64,000 nt of DNA from Utricularia gibba (Eukaryota; Plantae; Magnoliophyta). The stretch covers positions 2,480,001 through 2,544,000 of the forward strand of contig NEEC01000009.1 of assembly GCA_002189035.1 (NCBI GenBank). The letters are read 5' to 3'. The notes below the pieces were generated by a model. That model saw only the letters and a program-made list of their open reading frames with translations, was not told the DNA's origin and ran no database searches. Position 1 is the first letter of the stretch. Each line of letters starts with the position of its first letter. The translations under genes and the position numbers were made by a program. Below, piece by piece: positions 26,225 to 37,240 of the stretch.

Positions 26225-27662
26225 ATCCCCCGTTTCACACGTGTTTTTTTTGTTATTATTTTTAGTTAAAAATCGTTTTTTAAGTTAAGGGTTTAGGTTT
26301 TTTAAGTTAAAATGTTTTAACTATTTTTATTTTATAGTATTTATATAAAATACGGTCAATATTTTTATCAATAAATTCAATTTATGACATATCAGTTAAA
26401 AACTATTTTAAAATTTTTAAAAATTAAGATAAATATTTTTAAAGAGAATTAAAATTTAATATACATTTTTAAAAAATATTGTAAATTTTTTAAAAATTAT
26501 TCAAACTATTAAAAAAATTAAAAGTATCATAGAAGAAATATTAAAAATTGAGAAAAATAATTTTAAAAAAATTAAATATTTTTAAATATATATATATTGA
26601 ATTTTAGTTATATTTAAAAATATATATATCAAATTATAAAAAAATTTAAAATATTTTTTGGCCGAAATGCCATAAATTGAGTTTATTTGTAAATTTGTTA
26701 ACTGAATTTTATACAAATTAAAATATTTGACTGTAAAATAAAAATAACTGAAACATTATGACTTAAAAAATGATTTTTACTTTATTTTTATGCATTCATG
26801 TTTTTTTATATTGGAATTTATTTTTTAAATAATATTTTGATCTTTATAATTATTCTTGAATTTAACGTTAACTTTCAGTAGGTATATTTACATTTTAGCC
26901 ACCCGCATGAGATTTTTATTCCTTCTATCAACTTCTATCATGTTAATTCCATATTGATTCAAACAACAATCTTGTTTATAACGAACTAACAATTCAAATT
27001 TATTTTCGTTATTTTCGTTAGAATAATATAAACAAACAAACACAAATATACATGTTCGTTCATTTGATATAACATTTCTAAACAAGATTAAGTTAATTAT
27101 TAAGTATAGATACATTATATTTTTGTTAATATATTTTAATTATTAACCTTTGTATCCCCTAATTCGGGATTATTAACACCAAGGTTTGTAATTGATACAT
27201 TTGATCATATCTTTATATTTGATTTATAATTTATCAAATTAAACATTCAATCGGATCATGTGATTTGATCGATAAAATTTGTAGTGGAATAAAATCTACA
27301 ACCAAATATTACATGAAACTAAAATGTTTGTATTTTAAAATCGAATTAAATTCATTTTATAATTCTAAATTAATTTAATTTTGTAATAAATAGAATAAAG
27401 ACATTATAATACAATAAAAATAATTATTTAAAATTTTATTTTTTATAAAAATTATAAACAACAGCTCCAACAAGAGCTTGAGCGGCAATGAAAGTAACGA
27501 AATCATGGGTGGTTTTCGGGAGTGGGTGTCTAACAGATCAGAGGCCAAGATGAATCCACCGCGGTCTCTGAAAGGTCAAACAATGGATTCCCAGATGTTT
27601 TATGTTTTATTGTCTGCAACAAAGTTGACAACTTTGTCTGAAACATTGTACCTCAGTATTTG

Positions 27663-28429
27663 TCAGACATTGATACGAGGAATGGATTTGGAAGTGGATG
27701 CTTCGTTCTTCAAGCTTGGAACATTTGCTTCGTCTGCTTTTGCGGTCTCCTCTTTCTTGATCTCCTCCTCGATATGCACGTCGTCGTAGATCGTCAGGGC
27801 GACCTTCTTTGTTCCGCGAGGCCCGACCAGGATTTCTTCCTGCACTTTTACATGCTCATCGACCTTGATCTTTTCCAGTTCGTAGGCAGTTCTCTTCTTT
27901 CTCTTCTTAATGCAGCAGAAAATAGCAGCTGCAAGTAATGCCAGGATGAACAGGCCTCCAAATGAGACAAACAGTATGATGATCGTGGAATGGTGTGGAG
28001 TTGGAGGCGGCGGAGGAGGATTCAGGATGTGGGGTGGAGCCGGTATGATCGGCGATGGGCGTGGAGGAGGGAGATGAGCTGGAGGTGGTGCGATAGGTGG
28101 CAACGATGGTGGCAGTGGAGGAACATGGGCCGGCGGCGGAGGAGGTAAATGGGGTGGTGACGGCGGAGGAAAATGCGGCACAGATGGTGCGATCGGTGGC
28201 AAGGATGGTGGCAGTGGAGGAACACGAGCAGGCGGCGGAGGGGGTAAATGGGGTGGAGACGGCGGAGGAAATCGCGGCACAGATGGTGCGATCGGTGGCA
28301 ATGACGGTGGTGGTGGAGCAGCGTGAGCCGGCGGCGGAGGGGGAAATGGGGCGGAGATGGTGTGATCGGCAAGGACGGCGGAGGAGGAGGCAAATTAGCT
28401 AAAATGTCAAAGAAGAAATTGCGAGCCAT
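27663..28429 (-). CDS. TED7: TRACHEARY ELEMENT DIFFERENTIATION-RELATED 7-like proline-rich type I membrane protein; apparent -1 frameshift at 28339-28343
   Basis: Pro-rich N-terminus, TM segment IIILFVSFGGLFILALLAAAIFCCIKKRKK, and conserved C-terminus KVDEHVKVQEEILVGPRG...LTIYDDVHIEEEIKK. Confidence 0.85.
28084..28320 (-). repeat. 99-bp (33-aa) internal tandem repeat in the TED7-like gene, about 2.3 copies
   Basis: G(A/G)TGGTGCGAT(C/A)GGTGGCAA recurs at 28084, 28183 and 28282, a period of 99. Confidence 0.9.
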
Positions 28430-28675
28430 CTGGTATGTAGCCTTATCATCTCTGGGTGCAGAAGAAGCGGTATAAAAAGAGACATTCCTTGCAGAGTTTG
28501 CCTACTTGTGCAGTTTCTGTAACTTGACTCCTTCCATATTTCCTTGATTGCATTTCACTCCACTTCTCTTCATCTCACTTCTAAGTTTCTTGTTGTGCAC
28601 ATAATATGCAAAGCAGTCACTTTTACAGTTGTATTGCATCATCGTGAGTTATCAAAAGAACTTACAGTGCAGAGC

Positions 28676-30676
28676 TCACATAACTCCAACCCAGCTGCAA
28701 CCAGGGCCTTTTTTGATGCCTCTTAATCTCTTGGCCAACCTCACTTCTTCCTCATCCATCCTCTTCCCATAAAAACCACAAACATTTGATAAAACTGCAT
28801 ACGGAGCTGCATTCTCTTGATCAAGATCAGAGATCCGTTGAGCTGCAAGTTTAGCCAGATCAAGGCGCATGTGGATTTGGCTGGCACTCAGAAGGGCGCC
28901 CCAGACACCAGCATGAGGCTTTACCGGCATCGTTTCAATCAGCTCCACGGCGTCTTGCAGCAGGCCAGCTTTACCGAGAAGATCGACCATGCAAGCATAG
29001 TGATCAGGGCCTGGCTCAATTTTGAATAATCTTGTCATGGAGTCGAAGTACAGACCCCCCTCTTCTACAAGTCCAACATGTGCGCAAGCTGACAGAACGC
29101 AGAGAAAGGTAACTTCATTCGGGTGCTGTCCTTCGTCAACCAGTTGTCTGAAAATCTCAAGAGTTTCTTTTCCATAGCCGTTGAAAGCAAACCCTGTGAT
29201 CATAGAATTGAAGGATACTATGTTCGGTGAGGCGATGGATGCGAATACGCAGTACGCCTCATCTACGCTCCCTGTTTTGGAGTACATGGAGATGAGAGCA
29301 TTCTGGATAGACAAGTCATGGTGCATCTGCATTTTACAAACAAATGCATGAATTTGTTGGCCAAGTCTCAGAAATGCCAGGCCACCAGAAGCACTGAGCA
29401 GCACACTTAAGGTAAGGGGATTGGGCAAGACTGCATTTTCCAACATCTTCATAAACCAGCAAAATGCCTCTTCATATCGTTCACAGTGCACGAATCCGGA
29501 AATAAGAGCCGTATAAGCAACATCATCGTGCTCAGGCATCATGTGAAACAATTGAACGCATTTGTCAGTTAAGCCTTTGCTAGCATAACCAGTAATAATG
29601 GTAGTCCATGAAGCAGAATCCTTTAACTCTGCCTTCTCGAAAAGTTTGCATGCCTCATCTAGCATCCCGTTTAGAACATAGCCATGGAGCATGAAATTCC
29701 AAGATACCACATCCTTATGCCTTAGACTGCAGAACAACTTCTTTGAGTCATCCATATATCCAAATCTGGAGTACATTGCAATCATAGAATTGACTAAGAA
29801 TAGATCAAAGTCGAGTCCTAAATGTGAAACCAAGGCATGGATTTGGCACCCTTCTACATACCTGCTAGTTCTGCCGCAAGACTCAAGGATGACACTTACT
29901 ACAGTAGGTTCAACTTTCACATGACTCTCCCGTCTCATTTGCAAGAACAATTGAAAGCCATCCTCGAAAAATTCACCTTTCATATAACCATCAATCATGG
30001 AACACCAAGTAAACTCATTTCTGATCGCACCCATCATATCAAACAATTTTCTAGCCTCACCTACCCTTCCATTTTTACAATAGCCATCTACCATCGAGCT
30101 CCAAGAGACAACATTCTTCTTCACAATGCCCTCAAATATCTGGACAGCCTCCTTAAATCTATTCGATTTTAAGTATCCATTCATCAAAATATTCGAGCAG
30201 AACGGGTCCCTCCATTTAACAGGAATGCTAGAATAAAGCTTTTGAGCCTCATCAAACATTTCTGCGTTGACAAATCCCAACATCATCACACTATAAGACA
30301 CTGCATTCCACTCAGGCATCATCAGAAACAATCTATAAGCCTCCTCAACCCCATAAACACACCTCTTATCCCTTACGTAAGCTGTAATCATGGCATTCCA
30401 AGATGCCACAGCCCGATGGGGCATTTCATCAAAGAGCTTCCTCGCACGCTCAATCTGGCCAGCAGCCGCAAAAGCAGAGAGCATGGCCGTGTAAGTAACA
30501 ACACTCTTTCGTGGCATTCCATAGAACAGAGCCTCGGCCTCAACAATATTCCCATTTCGGCCATGTCTCGTTAACTGCTTGTTGCACTGAACAATAAAAT
30601 AATCAGTAGCACCACTAGTTATGGAAGCACAAGTCGAGCAACTTCTCTGCAAAATAAAGTGAAGTCTCGATATCAT
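28676..30676 (-). CDS. PLS-class PPR protein, E subgroup, At1g53600-like (intronless, 666 aa)
   Basis: P-L-S arrays, HYACMVDLLGKAG, VWGALLSAS, and an E motif ending KKGPGCSWV. Confidence 0.93.
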   Translation of the reverse strand: MISRLHFILQRSCSTCASITSGATDYFIVQCNKQLTRHGRNGNIVEAEALFYGMPRKSVVTYTAMLSAFAAAGQIERARKLFDEMPHRAVASWNAMITAYVRDKRCVYGVEEAYRLFLMMPEWNAVSYSVMMLGFVNAEMFDEAQKLYSSIPVKWRDPFCSNILMNGYLKSNRFKEAVQIFEGIVKKNVVSWSSMVDGYCKNGRVGEARKLFDMMGAIRNEFTWCSMIDGYMKGEFFEDGFQLFLQMRRESHVKVEPTVVSVILESCGRTSRYVEGCQIHALVSHLGLDFDLFLVNSMIAMYSRFGYMDDSKKLFCSLRHKDVVSWNFMLHGYVLNGMLDEACKLFEKAELKDSASWTTIITGYASKGLTDKCVQLFHMMPEHDDVAYTALISGFVHCERYEEAFCWFMKMLENAVLPNPLTLSVLLSASGGLAFLRLGQQIHAFVCKMQMHHDLSIQNALISMYSKTGSVDEAYCVFASIASPNIVSFNSMITGFAFNGYGKETLEIFRQLVDEGQHPNEVTFLCVLSACAHVGLVEEGGLYFDSMTRLFKIEPGPDHYACMVDLLGKAGLLQDAVELIETMPVKPHAGVWGALLSASQIHMRLDLAKLAAQRISDLDQENAAPYAVLSNVCGFYGKRMDEEEVRLAKRLRGIKKGPGCSWVGVM

Positions 30677-32063
30677 CCACAGTCACATCTACAAATCCGA
30701 AACACGCGGGTCAACACTTAGCCGATGACTTTTGGATTGTGAGCAATATTAGGGTGTGCTGCATTATCAGTCACATGGTGCACAGTGATGGTTAGTAATT
30801 GTTTAACCAAGAACAAGAATTGAATGACAGGCAGCCATTTAAGCCACCATAAATATTGACCATGCAGCACACTAATCACAGAGTTCTTTCTGCATCAAAA
30901 CGGACAAATAATTTTTCCTAAAAACGCGATCTTTAGCTGCATCAGAGAAAATCGCGTTGGCGAAAAAACACCCAAGTCCCGAAAGTGCGAATCTTTTACA
31001 TAATGTACTGGGTTGAACTTCGAGTTAAATATCACAATTACATCAGAAAATAACAAATTTACAAGGAATTTTTCTTTCACCCTCAAGCCTCAAGTCAGAA
31101 TCTGACTTCTAACACTCAGCTCCAGAGAGCATAACCAGAAAGTTCGAGATTGGTTTGGATGTGGGGTTCAAGAATACCTTTGCACTCTGGGTTTTGTCGC
31201 CGCCGTAGATGCAAAGACGGATAAAAACCTAGACTTTCATCCCTTCCCCCAAACTCCTCGGTTTCAACGGAACTTTCCTAAAATGGTTTTCTTAAAAAAA
31301 ATAGAAAATACAAATCGTATTTAAAAAAGAAATCATTCGAAATATCAAATATTAATATTAACAATATATAGATAACTAAAAATGATTTTGAAGATCATGC
31401 GGAGAGATGGTATCAATTTAGTATAAAAAATTATAACTCGATAAATATAGATCGACAAATCGATATGCTAAACTCATCCCATATCACGAGTTGCCATGTA
31501 TTATTATATAATTTGCATATTAATTTGAATTTGACTTAATTTATAAATCTTTGATAAAAAAAATATTTTTTTATTATTATTATGCTATATTCAATCCATT
31601 CATACTCATGTGGTATGTATCTATTCTGTATGAGTGCATTTGTTAGAGAAGATAAATGAGTATAGTTAAATGAAAAAAAAAATAGAATATTTGATAGATA
31701 TGATAAATTATACTATTACGCATAAAAAAATAAAATAATGATAATTGAGTGTTTAGGATAAAATTATATTATGATATATCTCTTTTTATATAATATCTTT
31801 TATTATTAATATAATTTATTCGTGTACCAAATGCAATTTATGTGTTTTTTTTAACAGTGTACCAATGACAAATCAATCTGATCCATATTGGAGTTGACCC
31901 ATATCCTCTAATCATGCGCCACCGGATTCCAATTTCCGCCCCTAGACTTGAACGGTCGGAAATTTGGTCTCTTGCGTAAGGCATGACGCCAACAAGGTGC
32001 ATGTATGTGACACCCGCCGCATCCTCTATTTTAGCGAGAATACCCGTGTCCTACGGCGCAGTC

Positions 32064-33717
32064 ATGTTCAGTAGATTCACCGGCTCTCAGTTATCTAGAG
32101 CTTTCGCGTCTTGTCGGGCTCATCGAAACAAGGGTGGTAAATCATTGCCCACAATAGTTTCTGGGTTTCGACAATCAATGGGGTCTGCTTCGTATTCGGC
32201 GGCATCGGGTTCTTCACGCAATTTGCTCTTCCGTCAACTGTTTGAGCAGGAGTCGTGTACCTACACTTACCTGCTCGCGGATAATTCTCACCCGGACAAG
32301 CCAGCATTGGTCGGTTTTTGAGTGTTGCCGTCTCTTGAGTTAGAATGTGGATTTGGGGATGTGTTTTTTATGGGGGTTTTTTGTTTTGTAGTTGATTGAC
32401 CCTGTGGACACGAAGGTGGATAGGGATCTTTCCTTGGTGAATGAGTTAGGTCTTAAACTTATATACGCGATTAATACACACGCGCATGCTGATCATGTTA
32501 CTGGAACTGGTTTGATTAAGGTTAGTGTAAAATTCTCTTAAACATTTGCGAATTGGACGTTTTTTTAATCCTAAGAGCTGTATGCATTGGACAAAAACTA
32601 CTATTTGTTTAGTATTGCGGTGTGTTTCATCTCTGTAGAGGAAAGTCCCTGGCGTGAAATCTATCATCTCTAAAGCCAGCGGTGCAAAAGCTGATATATT
32701 CATTGAACATGGGGATAAGATTTGCTTCGGTGATCTGTTTTTAGAGGTATATGTATTCTTTCAGTATGTGGATACATGCGTTGACTCTTCTTTCTTTAAG
32801 CCTGGCATTTTTACTCTTGAAGGTACGTGCTACGCCAGGTCATACGTTGGGTTGTGTCACCTACGTGACTGGAGAAGATCAGGTTCATCCGAGGATCGCA
32901 TTTACTGGTGATACTGTATTGATTCGTGGATGTGGAAGAACAGATTTTCAGGTATTACGAGGCTGATTGAACGGTCAATTGAATGTCCTGGAATGTGACT
33001 GGTTTGGAAGTTTGTGCAGGCTGGCTGATGTATCCTGCTCTTCTTTCTTTTTTTCTTTTTTCTCCAGGGTGGTAGTTCAGAGCAGCTTTACAAGTCGGTT
33101 CATTCACAGGCAATAATTTATATTTTTATCTTGCAAGTGTTGTGTTAAAATTTGCGGTGGTTAGTTATCATCTTTATTTCTGGCTCAAACCAGATCTTTA
33201 CCTTGCCGAAAGACACACTTTTGTACCCTGCTCATGACTACAAGGGATTCTCTGTGAGTATACGTTTGGTCTCAATAAAGTTTTGAGCAAACATGGACCC
33301 TTTTTTCTGTCCTAATCACTTTTTTTTACAGGTGAGCACTGTGGGGGAGGAGATGAAATACAATCCTCGCCTTTCAAAGGATGAGGTGATGCCTATCCTT
33401 AATAACTAACAATCACATATTTGTTTTGGGTTTTACCGCTAAAGAATTTTCTTTTATGGTTTGAGAGTATTAGCCTTTCAAGAGTAACCGTTGAATTCTA
33501 ATTAAATGTGTTTATCCTTTCCAGGAAACATTCAAGAGCATCATGGCAAGTAAGTGTTGTGTTTACATCTTCCTTTTTACAGTCTCAAAGGAAATGATTG
33601 CACTCAATACATGTCTTTGTAGACTTGAAGTTGCCATATCCGAAGATGATGGACATAGCAGTCCCTGCCAACTTGGTTTGCGGCTTGCAGGATATTGAAG
33701 CTAGTGCAACCGCCTAG
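32064..33717 (+). CDS. ETHE1: Persulfide dioxygenase ETHE1 (metallo-beta-lactamase fold), multi-exon; upstream in-frame ATG at 31983
   Basis: [27 protein letters not shown] metal motif, [30 protein letters not shown] and VPANLVCG. Confidence 0.95.
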
Positions 33718-34131
33718 TGATAATTCCTCATCTCAGTGAGCTGAAAGTTTGATATCTCATCAAACGATCTATGCTTTCAATAATTGGTGGCCCTATAAAG
33801 GCTCCAAAATGGTTGGTGTTGATTACTCTTTATGTTCATTCAGTGTGCATAGCGATGTAGTATGGGGAAGATTTTATATATGATTGCATTAAACTTCAGC
33901 TACTTTATGTTGCTTGTATTCACGGTTAATGCATACTGCTCATCGCAAGTGATGACTTAAAAAATATGAAACAAGATAAAGAAGCTTTTAGGGAAATTTT
34001 ATTGCATGCCAACAGAAGAATGAAAGCAGAAACATAACCATGAAAAGGAGGATAATGAATATTAGAAGACTCTACCTGGGAAAAAAGTGTTAAGAGTGGG
34101 GTTTCTTGTATTGGGAGCAGTCTAACTTTCT

Positions 34132-37100
34132 CTATTGTTGTTTCACCACAATTGGACTATTGACAGAATGCTTGCCATCAAACCAGGTAAGCTGTCCAAA
34201 CACATAACTATTGCTTGGCGTTGGGCTGTTAGCTTGTAGAGTAACTTTGAACTCCTTCTCCTCTCCAAGTCGGACAAATTTCAACACTTTTGGGCTCACT
34301 GTCACGGAAATGCCAGCTGGGTTGCTGATTTTTGGCTCGTAGGTTCCGGGTGATCCAACGTTCTTAAGTCTTCTGGTCACTGTTATTGAACCTCTGAGTT
34401 TAGGGACTGTGATTGAAGGGTAGTTGAAGTCTAGGAGTGTTGTGTTCCCGAGGCAACAGTATGGAACTTTGGAGAATTGTTGCAGTTGAGTCGAGTTGTA
34501 GCCGAGAGCACAAAGGAAGTTCATGTAGTCTACTATTGAAAGATCATAAACGAGCCCGGGATCCATTGCTTGGTTTGGCACAATTTGTCCTCCACCATAG
34601 TTGAAAGGCGTAGCTACCTTGAGGGATGCATCCTTGATTGGATTGCGAGTGTTGTCAATTGTTGTCGCTGTAAGTGATCAACTGTCAATGGTACCTCTCA
34701 AGAATATATCTGAATCTTGATATGTTCTTACCTGTTGTTATGATGGCAGAAATGATAGCAGCAGGGCTCCAAAAAGGATACAATGTCTTCAACAAGCCAA
34801 CAACCCCAGAAACATGAGGACATGACATTGAGGTGCCTGAGACTGAATTGAATGGAATTCTTCTCGTGTCATATGGCTCATTCGTAGGACCAGCAGCTTC
34901 TGTGTAAGCTGCGATAACGCTCACTCCTGGTGCTGTGATATCAGGCTGAGAACCGGGGAAACACATATCAGTAGGTGAAGAGCTTGTGAGGACAAGGAAA
35001 CATACAGTAAGTAACACAGGTGTAACCTTGAGAATCTCAGGTGTAATCGTATTTGGTCCCTGAGATGAAAAGGCTGCCATTACCGGAGCTGGCTTAACGC
35101 CCAGTTGCGTTGTTGGTTTAGTGATGGTGCCGACCGGAGACCTACACATCGGAGATATTGTCTCAAGCAACTAATCAGAAGCGTCTTATCTTCATGCTTT
35201 TGAGATTCTAACCTTTGTGATTTCAGATAAGCAAGAATGGCAAGCCCATCTGTGTAACTAATATGAGTGGCTGGTAGCACATGAGGATCAGCAATTATTT
35301 CATCCCCAGATGCCTGATTGTTGATCAAAACCATTCCCACTGCTCCAGCCAGAAGGCTTTGCTCTCCCTTGTCCACCCTCGCGTTCACACCCCGTAGACA
35401 CACCAAGATCTTTCCTTTAGCCTTGTTTGGATCCAGTGTTCCTGCTTGGCACAGAAATCTGCAGGTATTCAAAGTATGATGTGTGTTCATGGTTCATACC
35501 AGCTTATGCATTTGGTAACAGCTTCGCTTAGATGTGCTTACGCTTGACTAGGCGATACTGTGTTGAGGTTTGCATCAGCAGCAGAAAGTATTGGAAACAC
35601 CTGACCTGCTGGCAGTGATTTAGCTGAAAGACTCTGTCCCTGTGAATGTTTTCAACAAGAACACATCAGAATCTGATCAGCACAAACTGGAGAAGGGTAA
35701 AGAACCAAAGAAAAGTCCATCTACTTTGAATTGGTTGTTTCCTAGTATCAGGTAACTTGGGAACTGCCTGTCCATTGTGCTTGCTGCAACTGTAAGTTGC
35801 CAGGGTGCAATGTTCGAAACTGTTGCAGGAGTCGGCCCTGAGTTACCAGCTGAGCAGACAACAACAATGCCTTGAGCCACAGCGTGGAAGGAGCCAATGG
35901 CAACAGCATCTTCATAGAAAGGAACAGCTGCGCCTCCGAGCGAGACGGAGAGCACGTCGACTCCGTCGTGAATTGCATAGTCGAATCCAGCCAAGATATC
36001 TGCGTCGAAGCACTCCTCCCCGTTCACCGGAGTCCAGCAGACCTTGTAAGCGGCGACTCTGGCCAACGGCGATCCGCCCTTCGCGGTTCCGTTTCCGTAG
36101 CCAAAGACACTTGCTCCGGGCACGAAGCTGCCTCCAGCAGTAGACAGAGTGTGAGTTCCATGGCCTTCGGTATCCAATGGAGTCTCAAAGGAGGAATTCA
36201 GCTTTCCCACAACTGAACTGTATCCTTTGTTGAAGTATCGAGCTCCGATCAGCTTCCTTCATACCGCAAAAGCTCAAACTGTTCAGTTTTGCATATCTGG
36301 TGAAGGAACAAAGAGAGCGTTTAGCAGAAAACCTGTTGCAACGAAAGGTGCGATCCTTGCCAGTTTCGCATTCTCCTCTCCACCTTAATGGGATCGGTCC
36401 AAAGCCTTCATCACTGAAACTCTGTGACTTAAACCATACTCCTGATGCATCAACAGATTGAGTTATGAAGACCCCAGAAGCCAAGCATGCAAGCTCTGAA
36501 GATGCATGGTAAATACAATACGAAAATTGGAGAACTTAACATTAAACTGACCAGTGTCAAGGTTTCCAATAATGGTGTGTTCTCCGAATCCAGCCTTGGT
36601 CCACAGAGAAGTTGCAGGGACTCTTCCATTGCGTTCAAGCCCAAGAAAATCCCATGATCTTGTAGTGTGCAAATTCTTCCCTTTGTTCAGGAACACTGAG
36701 ATCACCTTTGGATGCTCTGCAATACATCAGTATTCGAATTATCATCGTGCGTTTCTTGTAGAGAAAAAAAAAACCAAGTTTTGAAATTGCTCTCCAGATA
36801 ACAACTAACTTGATATCTGAGATGCTGCATCATCATCAAGAAAGGCAGCAAAGCCATTGATGTGTCTGGTATAGGAGTAAAAGATTGAATCTTTGGCTTT
36901 GTCATAACTGCACAATTGCAAATGGAGTAGTTAGAACACAACCCTTCTCTCCCTTTTTTTTTCTGCATGTGAAATTGCTCTACCTCCCCAAGAAAGATGC
37001 AAGAAACTGGTAATGAGACTCAGTCACTTTCTCATAATCAGCAGATGTTGCTTCGTTTCCATGAGAATGAGCTCCCATGTACACCACATATGGCTGAAAG

Positions 37101-37240
37101 GGCAACAGAACACAGAATCAACACACTGATTTCATACAAGAGCACTCACTGCATCCGCAAATCCTCACCTTTGTTAACGCAGAGGCTGCTCTGAGCAGGA
37201 GAATCAAGAGCAATGGGAGGAAATGGATGCTGCTCATCAT
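34132..37240 (-). CDS. SBT5.3: Subtilisin-like serine protease, SBT5.3/AIR3-like, multi-exon
   Basis: Signal peptide [17 protein letters not shown]9 prodomain ([24 protein letters not shown]), triad motifs GNLDTG, HGTHT and GTSMS, PA domain, and C-terminal DFNYPSI...SPIVV. Confidence 0.93.

Noticed and set aside
21828-37240. PNGase A plus subtilase as a carnivory digestive-enzyme cluster
   Set aside because: The genes are 10 kb apart with unrelated genes between them, both are ubiquitous in plants, and the species is not established.
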